Assembly (NCBI GenBank): GCA_964016885.1 | Contig: OZ024753.1 | Span: 11,098,001 to 11,162,000, forward strand | Origin: Eledone cirrhosa | Lineage: Eukaryota | Reading direction: 5' to 3' | DNA: 64,000 nucleotides | Part shown: positions 54,962 to 64,000 of the stretch, in pieces | Layout of the letters: each line of letters opens with the position of its first letter | Position numbering within the stretch: the first letter of the stretch is position 1 | Notes under the pieces: model-generated | Told to the model about the DNA's origin: nothing | Database searches by the model: none | The model's input: the letters and a program-made list of their open reading frames with translations, nothing else | Position numbers and translations under genes: made by a program

Positions 54962-55568
54962 ATGTATGTATATATGCATGCATGTTTTCATCTAGGTATC
55001 CATCTATGTATGTATGTATCTATGTATGCATGTGTGTATGCATCTATGTATGCATCTATGTATGCATCTATGTATGTATGTATGTATGTATGTATGTATG
55101 TATGCATGCATGCATGTATGTATGTACGTATGTATATATGCATGCATGTTTGCATTTACGTATCCATCTATGCATCTATGTATGCATGTGTGTGTGTGTA
55201 TGCATGTGTGTGTGTGTATGTATGCATCTACGTACTTATGTATGTATGGGTGTTTGTGAGGTTCTAAAGCGCTGTTTCCTGTAAACAGAGAAACTTACCA
55301 TGTAATGCTGGAAGAACATGCTATATTTTAAAACCTCTTTTCATCTCAAATACGAAACAGCAATGATCTATTATTATACCGCCAGCTAATGTTTCTAAAT
55401 ATTCCCTTCCTATTTCTGGTGGTGCCATCATATATCTCTACAGAACTTATATCAGTATTGCTGGTTATCACAACATATATTTTACACTTTCTGAACAATG
55501 AACACCAAACACTCTCTGTACACAATCACCAGTAAAATAGACAATGTACAACAATACAAACTCTACAG

Positions 55569-55847
55569 CAGGCTTCTCAAACTGAGGGTCCCCTGAGGAC
55601 CACATGGGTCACATATGTATTGTCTGAGAGCCACACATGACAACTAATTGTGCATATTACAACTAATATTTTTTATTTTATATTACACTCGCGCTGTAAA
55701 AAGGTTTGTGCGGGCCGCGGGTGTGCTTGTGCGGGCCGCGGGTGTGCTTGTGCGGGCCGCGGGTGTGCTTGTGCGGGCCGCAGGTGTGCTTGTGCGGGCC
55801 GCGGGTGTGCTTGTAAAGGCCAGCGGGCCGCATGTTTGACATGCCTG
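55569..55847 (+). mobile_element. hAT/Charlie-like MITE with an internal 21-bp tandem repeat
   Basis: TIRs CAGGCTTCTCAAAC / GTTTGACATGCCTG, 8-bp flanks ctctacag / ctgtagag, and ttgtgcgggccgcgggtgtgc repeated five times. Confidence 0.7.
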
Positions 55848-56584
55848 CTGTAGAGAATCACCAACTAACAATAGAATAAAAAACACATAATATATACTTT
55901 ACATTATGACCATCCAATAATATAACAGAATCCACAAAACACGCATTTACATAAACCTCCTTCTTCGCCCAGTTATTCCTGAGAGAGTCATGGGAGCAGA
56001 GTCTTCAAACATTTCCCACCAGCGGGTCCTGTCAGAAGGACCCATCTCCAACTGATCTGGCTCGATCCTCTGGGTTCCCTGCCGGTTGGTTTTGCCCATA
56101 AAATCTGTCAAGCGATTCATTCCTGAAACATTCTAACCACATGGCTTTAGTATCGGAGCAGCTGTGATCTCCTAATTCAGAGATGTAGCAGGTCTACTTA
56201 GAGTGACTCTGATCTCCGAGGTACGCACACTTTTGAGTAATATAATACAACCGCCAATAAAATGAAATATATATTCTTCGAGGACCACAGACTCTTTAAC
56301 ACTAAATATCCTTACATTGCAGAAGGAGCAGACAGATAAAATGAATGAATAATTCTCAGAAAGAATTAAAATAGAATCCAAGCGAGTAAACGAACACAGT
56401 TGAATTGAAAGCCAGCTATGGGTTTGGACAATTCCTCAAACAAGTAACTCAGACTGCGACTAAAACAGAGGTCATACTTGGCTTCTAACTTGTCAGCTGA
56501 AGCAGGAATCTGAATGATCGATAAACAACTTGTGTACCTGTCATTTAAACAACATGCGTACCCGTCTCTACCACACCACTTCGG

Positions 56585-56639
56585 ACTGCCTGAAGAGGTC
56601 ACAGCCAATGATGGCTGTCACCGAAATATATAAAGCAGT
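56585..56639 (+). ncRNA. Hammerhead-like motif with one core substitution
   Basis: ACTGC-CTGAAGA-GGTCACAGCCA atga TGGCTGTCACC-GAAA-TATATA-AA-GCAGT. The downstream tail has gtcgagtgct at 56735. Confidence 0.6.
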
Positions 56640-56993
56640 ATATCTATAATTTATAATAAACGAAGCCAAATTTCACCTATTTGACTTAATTAGTTTACAT
56701 TACGCCGGAGTAAACAAACCAACCTGCGTACTTCGTCGAGTGCTCCAGTCTGCATACTGAGGTGTCGGTAAATAACCAACATATACTCAAAATTTATATA
56801 TATATATATATATATGTAAGTATGTATGTATACGTACATACATATATGTATACAGACGTACAGTAGTACGTATATATATACATACATGCACACATATATA
56901 TATGTACGTATGGGTTTACCGAACATTTATTATATCGATATGCAAAAGGAAAGTATATACTTTCAGACGTTCAATCATCTGGCAGGAAGGTAT

Positions 56994-57036
56994 ACGAAGC
57001 TGACGATAGCTAATAAGCTTGAAACTAGTACATCGT
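56994..57036 (+). ncRNA. Minimal type I hammerhead motif
   Basis: ACGAAG-CTGACGA-T AGCT aata AGCT T-GAAA-CTAG-TA-CATCGT. Palindrome ACTAGT, 5 of 6 stem I positions pair. Confidence 0.65.
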
Positions 57037-57614
57037 TCCTGTGTCAGTGTTGAACAAAAGGGCGACGATGGTTGCCTGAACTATGTACGGCGTAATTCGG
57101 GCTGTTTGTTTGTTTACAAACAAACAAACCGAACATTATACGTACATATATATGTGTGCATATACATACTACTGTACGTCTGTATACATATATGTATGTA
57201 CGTATACATACATACTTACTTTTAAGTATCAGCTGTACTAAGAGTGAGAAATGAAATTTCGTTTCATTCTTTTCCATTTATATATATATGGATATTTAGA
57301 GAATATATATATATATTTATATATTTATGTATGTATATGTAAATATATATAAGTATATGCTACTAATTTAGTGCCAATTTTCCTACTTCTAAATTTGGAC
57401 TCATTCCATTAATTAGAGATCCACTTCGGAGACAAAACAACAGAGAAATTAATAAAACGTTATTAATACATAATCTTACTGTATAGTAATTTATATATTT
57501 TTAATTTTAAAACTTGAAAATTAAATACGGTATTGCTGCGATATACAGATTGGTTTTTTACTGGATTGATGAATTTTAATGGAAGGCCTAATTAATAAGT
57601 GATGTAGAAAGTAC

Positions 57615-58520
57615 TGAGAGAGAGAGGTAGAGAGATAGAGAGAGGTGGAGAGAGAGAGAGAGGTAGAGAGAGAGAGAGAGGTAGAGAGATAGAGAGAGGT
57701 AGAGAGATAGAGAGAGGTAGAGAGATAGATAGATGTAGAGAGAGAGTGTGGGAGAGAAAGAGTGTGGGAGAGAAAGAGTGTGGGAGAGAGAGTGTGGGAG
57801 AGAGAGTGTGGGAGAGAGAGTGTGGGAGAGAGAGGGAGGGGGAGAGAGAGGGAGAGGGAGAGAGAGGGAGTGGGAGAGAGAGGGATTCAGACAGAGAAAG
57901 AAAGACAGATTTGGCAGTTGAGAGAGAGAGGGAGAGATAGAGAGGGATTCATTGAACTTGGTAAATGATGTGTGTGTGTGAGAAAGAGGAGAGAGAGAGA
58001 TGGGGAGAGAGAGGGAGAGAGAGATGGGGAGAGAGAGGGAGAGAGAGATGGGGAGAGAGAGGGAGAGAGAGATGGGGAGAGAGAGGGAGAGAGAGATGGG
58101 GAGAGAGAGAGGGAGAGAGAGATGGGGAGAGAGAGGGAGAGAGAGATGGGGAGAGAGAGAGAGAGAGAGAGAGGGGGAGAAAGAGAGAGAGAGAGAGATG
58201 GAGAGAGAGAGAGATGGAGAGAGAGAGAGATGGAGAGAGAGAGAGATGGAGAGAGAGAGAGATGGAGAAAGAGAGAGATGGAGAAAGAGAGAGAGAGAGA
58301 TGGGGAGAGAGAGAGATGGGGAGAGAGAGAGAGAGATGGGGAGAGAGAGAGAGGTGGGGAGAGAGAGAGAGGTGGGGAGAGAGAGAGGTGGGGAGAGAGA
58401 GAGGTGGGGAGAGAGATGGGGAGAGAGAGGGAGATATATAGAGGGGGGGGGGGAGATATATAGAGGGGGGGATATATAGAGGGGGGGAGAAAGAGAGAGA
58501 GAGAGAGAGAAATAGGCGGA
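57615..58520. repeat. (GA)n-rich compound repeat
   Basis: Units of gagagagatgggga, gtgtgggaga and gaggta. Confidence 0.9.
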
Positions 58521-58574
58521 GTCAGAGAAAGAGAATGAGTGCTTGGGATAGAGTAGGGGAAATGAAGAATGTTG

Positions 58575-59610
58575 TAACAACACCACCACCAAGTACAACA
58601 ACCACAACAACACTAACAACACCAACAACACCAACAGTACAACAACAATAACACCAACAACAATAGCACAACAACCGGTACATTTGAAATAAAAGCTAAC
58701 AAAACATTTTTTCTATAAATAACAACAACACCACCAACAACACCACCAACAACAACAGTACAACAACACCAACAACAACAGTACAACAACAACACCAACA
58801 ACACCAACACCAACACCACAACACCAACAGTACAACAACAGTACAACAACAACAGTACCAACAACAACAGTACAACAACAACAGAACAACAACAGTACAG
58901 CAGCAACAGTACAACAACAACACCACAACAACAACACCAACAACAACAGTACAACAACAACAATATATTAGTTTGTAAACAAGAAGAAGAGGAGGAGGGG
59001 GAGAAAATGGTGACCATACAAATTTAACTATTTCAATAAACAACATCAAAGACTACAGAATTATCAAAGAATGCCGCTACCCCATCGCTCCAGTGCCGCC
59101 GCCACCACTATCACCACCACCATCATCACCGCCGCCAACACCGCCACCACCACCATCACCACCACCGACACCGCCAACACCACCATCATCACAGCCGCCA
59201 CCACCAACATCACCAACACCGCCACCACCAACATCACCAACACCGCCACCACCAACATCACCAACACCAACACCACCACCATCATCATCACAGCCGCCAA
59301 CACCGCCACTACCAACATCACCAACACCGCCACTACCAACATCACCAACACCGCCACCACCAGCATCACCAACACCGTCACCACCAACATCACAGCCGCC
59401 AACACCGCCACTACCAACATCACCAACACCGCCACCACCAACATCACCAACACCGCCACCAACACCAATACCAATACCGCCACCAACACCAATACCAATA
59501 CCGCCACTACCAACATCACCAACACCGCCACCACCAACATCAACACCGTCACCACCAACATCAACACCGTCACCACCATTATCACCGCCGCCACCACCAC
59601 CGCTACTACC
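58575..59610. repeat. Degenerate (ACA)n / (ACC)n triplet tracts
   Basis: Triplet periodicity, open in several frames on both strands. Confidence 0.8.
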
Positions 59611-59726
59611 AAGTACAATTTAAAAATAATAGTAATAAATGTATATAAAATGTATATAGCATTTCGCTAACAATACAATACATCATAAAGGAGTCCCCCA
59701 CCCCATGCATATATGTGTGTGTGTCT

Positions 59727-59791
<65 letters not shown>

Positions 59792-61116
59792 TACGTGTGT
59801 GTGTGTGTGTGTGTATGTGTGTGTGTGGGTACGTGTGTTTATTCAACAGTAATGTTGTTGATAATACCAAAAAAGGAAAACCACACATATATACATATAC
59901 ACACATATATACATATACACACATATATACATATACACACATATATACATATACACACATATATACATATACACACACATATATACATATACACATACAC
60001 ACACATATATACATATAAACATACACACATATATATATATAAACATACACACACATATATATATATACATATATACATATATGTATATATACATATATAC
60101 ATATATGTATATATACATATATGTATATATACATATATGTATATATACATATATGTATATATATATATGTATATATATATATGTATATATATACATGTAT
60201 ATATACATATATGTATATATATATATGTATATATATACATATATGTATATATATGTATATATATACATATATACATATATATACATATATGTATATATAT
60301 ATATGTATATATATACATATATACATATATGTATATATACATATATGTATATATATATATGTATATATATACATATATATACATATACATATATGTATAT
60401 ATATATATGTATATATATACATATATATACATATATGTATATATACATATGTATATATATACATATATATACATATATGTATATATACATATATGTATAT
60501 ATACATATGTATATATATATATAAACATATATACATATATGTATATATACATATATGTATATATATATACATATATGTATATATATGTATATATTTATAC
60601 ATATATCTATATATATACATATATGTATATATATATACATGTATATGTATATATATATATATATATGTATATACATATATATGTATATATATACATATAT
60701 ATGTATATATATATATATATGTATATACATATATATGTATATATATACATATATATGTATATATATATATATATATATATACATATATACATATATGTAT
60801 ATATACATATATATACATATATACATATATGTATATATATACATATATGTATATATACATATATGTATGTATATATACATATATGTATATATACATATAT
60901 GTATGTATATATACATATATGTATATATATATACATATATGTATATATATACATATATGTATATATATATACATATATGTATATATATGTATATATATAC
61001 ATATATGTATATATATATACATATATGTATATATATATACATATATGTATACATGTGTCTGTGTTCGTTTCGTTTGGTGTTTATTAACAGCATTATTGTT
61101 TTAATATATGTGTATG

Positions 61117-61149
<33 letters not shown>

Positions 61150-61484
61150 GTGTATATATGTATTTACATATATATATATGTGTGTGTTTGTTTATATATA
61201 TATATATGTGTATATATATATATGTGTGTGTGTGTGTGTTTATATATATATATATATATAAAAATCACCAATAATATTAATAAAGAAGACATCACACGAG
61301 AGCCAGTGAAGTCTCACCAATTAAGTGTTGAGACAATGAGATCAACTACAACTAAAGACGAAGTAAAAAAACATAGTCACATAAAAGAAAATAAAGATGG
61401 AAGCTAAAATCTGCGTTCACCGGAAAAGGAAGCTCCAAAACAGCAAACATCAAAATAACCGGAAAGCACACAACCACCACCACC

Positions 61485-62371
61485 TAATACTATTACTACA
61501 ACTACTATTACTACTGCTACTACTATTACTACAACAACAAATACTGTTACTACTGCTACTACAACTACTATTAGTACTACTACTACAACAAATACTATTA
61601 CTACTGCTACTACTACTATTACTACAACAAATACTATTACTACTACAACTACTATTACTACTGCTACTACTAGTACAACAAATACTATTACTACTGCAAC
61701 TACAACTACTATTACTACAACAAATACTATTACTACTGCTACTACAACAACAACAAATACTATTACTACTGCTACTACAACAACAACAAATACTATTACT
61801 ACTGCAACTACTATTAGTACTACTACTACAACAAATACTATTTCTACTGCTACTACAACAAATACTATTACTACTGCTACTACAACTACTATTAGTACTA
61901 TTACTACTACAACAAATACTATTACTACTGCTACTATTACTACAACAAATACTATTACTACTACAACTACTATTACAACAAATACTATTACTACTGCTAC
62001 TACAACAACAAATACTATTACTACTACTACCACAACAACAAATACTATTACTACTACTACCACAACTACTACTATTACTACAACAACTACTACTATAACA
62101 ACACCAACAACAACTACAACTACAACTACTACCACAACTACTAACACTACCACAACAACAACACCCACTACTACAACAACAACACCCACTACTACAACTA
62201 CTACCACAACTACTAACACTACCACAACAACAACACCCACTACTACTACTACTACTACCACTACAACAACAACAACTACCACAACTACTACTACTACCAC
62301 TACAACAACAACAACTACCACAACTACTAACACTACCACAACAACAACACCCACTACCACAACAACAACAC

Positions 62372-62402
<31 letters not shown>

Positions 62403-62470
62403 CAAAACAATAACTACACCTATTACAGCTACTACAACAACTACAACAACAACAAGAACAATAGCATCAA
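61485..62470. repeat. (CTA)n/(ACA)n compound triplet repeat
   Basis: Units of acaacaaatactattactactgct. Confidence 0.85.
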
Positions 62471-62499
62471 ATATCAACAACATCCATAATATCATCCCA

Positions 62500-64000
62500 G
62501 CCAGTCACTACATCATCATCATCAACAACAACATTACGTCATCATCATTAACAAGCATCATCAACATCACCAATAGCTACATCAAATCAACATCATCATC
62601 ATCAACAACAACATTACGTCATCATCATTAACAAGCAGCATCATCATCACCATCAACATCACCAATAGCTACATCAAATCAACATCATCATCATCAACAA
62701 CAACATTACGTCATCATCATTAACAAGCATCATCATCATCACCATCAACATCACCAATAGCTACATCAAATCAACATCATCATCATCAACAACAACATTA
62801 CGTCATCATCATTAACAAGCAGCATCATCATCACCATCAACATCACCAATAGCTACATCAAATCAACACCATCATCATCAACAACAACATTACGTCATCA
62901 TCATTAACAAGCAGCATCATCATCACCATCAACATCACCAATAGCTACATCAAATCAACACCATCATCATCAACAACAACATTACGTCATCATCATTAAC
63001 AAGCATCATCATCATCACCATCAACATCACCAATAGCTACATCAAATCAACATCATCATCATCATCAACAACATTACGTCATCATCATTAACAAGCATCA
63101 TCATCATCACCATCAACATCAATAGCTACATCAAATCAACATCATCATCATCAACAACAACATTACGTCATCATCATTAACAAGCATCATCATCATCACC
63201 ATCAACATCACCAATAGCTACATCAAATCAACATCATCATCATCAACAACAACATTACGTCATCATCATTAACAAGCATCATCATCATCACCATCAACAT
63301 CACCAATAGCTACATCAAATCAACATCATCATCATCAACAACAACATTACGTCATCATCATTAACAAGCATCATCATCATCACCATCAACATCAATAGCT
63401 ACATCAAATCAACACCATCATCATCAACAACAACATTACGTCATCATCATTAACAAGCATCATCATCATCACCATCAACATCAATAGCTACATCAAATCA
63501 ACACCATCATCATCAACAACAACATTACGTCATCATCATTAACAAGCATCATCATCATCACCATCAACATCAATAGCTACATCAAATCAACACCATCATC
63601 ATCAACAACAACATTACGTCATCATCATTAACAAGCATCATCATCATCACCATCAACATCACCAATAGCTACATCAAATCAACATCATCATCATCAACAA
63701 CAACATTACGTCATCATCATTAACAAGCATCATCATCATCACCATCAACATCAATAGCTACATCAAATCAACACCATCATCATCAACAACAACATTACGT
63801 CATCATCATTAACAAGCATCATCATCATCACCATCAACATCACCAATAGCTACATCAAATCAACATCATCATCAACAACATTACGTCATCATCATTAACA
63901 AGCAGCATCATCATCACCATCAACATCACCAATAGCTACATCAAATCAACATCATGATCATCATCATCATCATCATCAACAACATTACGTCACATCATCA
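62500..64000. repeat. ATC-rich satellite, unit about 89-92 bp, running off the window end
   Basis: caatagctac at 62571, 62663 and 62755 (period 92). Confidence 0.92.

Noticed and set aside
55293-55430. Strong donor ATG|gtaagt on the minus strand
   Set aside because: The upstream ATG frame hits a stop, and part of the region resembles sequence at about 16870.
56366-56608. 80-aa minus-strand ORF
   Set aside because: No recognisable domain, and it overlaps the hammerhead-bearing repeat on the other strand.
59064-59670. Thr/Asn/Ala- or Pro-rich ORFs resembling mucin, extensin or antifreeze proteins
   Set aside because: Degenerate (ACC)n tract open in several frames and on both strands, within a microsatellite field, with no signal peptide or splice sites seen.
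61397-62495. Poly-Leu/Gln and poly-Val ORFs
   Set aside because: Triplet-repeat artefacts.

Overview
Repeat-dense, AT-rich eukaryotic DNA. The SINE types and abundance of (TA)n/(CA)n/(GA)n tracts suggest an octopus or other cephalopod mollusc (inference). The only well-supported coding sequence is one phase-1/phase-1 exon on the minus strand (4173-4448) encoding an I-set immunoglobulin domain; a weaker candidate exon lies at 47565-47725. Nearly all ORF-track entries are microsatellite artefacts. The rest is intronic or intergenic: two tRNA-derived SINE families, RTE-like LINE 3' ends, a Helitron helicase fragment, mariner/hAT MITEs, several satellites and a 200-N gap. A 109-bp satellite derives from a mariner MITE end, and a 7.7-kb G-rich array has a 51-bp unit. 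The main unexplained signal is about 15 type I hammerhead-ribozyme-like motifs (CTGANGA-stem II-GAAA-palindromic stem III-TH) in several sequence-unrelated short elements. Most sit in (TA)n tracts, many are fold-back inverted repeats broken inside stem II, and many end in a shared bulged hairpin (YACTC-stem-TN-GAGTRC). This looks like a Penelope-like or retrozyme system with conserved RNA structure. All folds were done by eye and no activity is shown.
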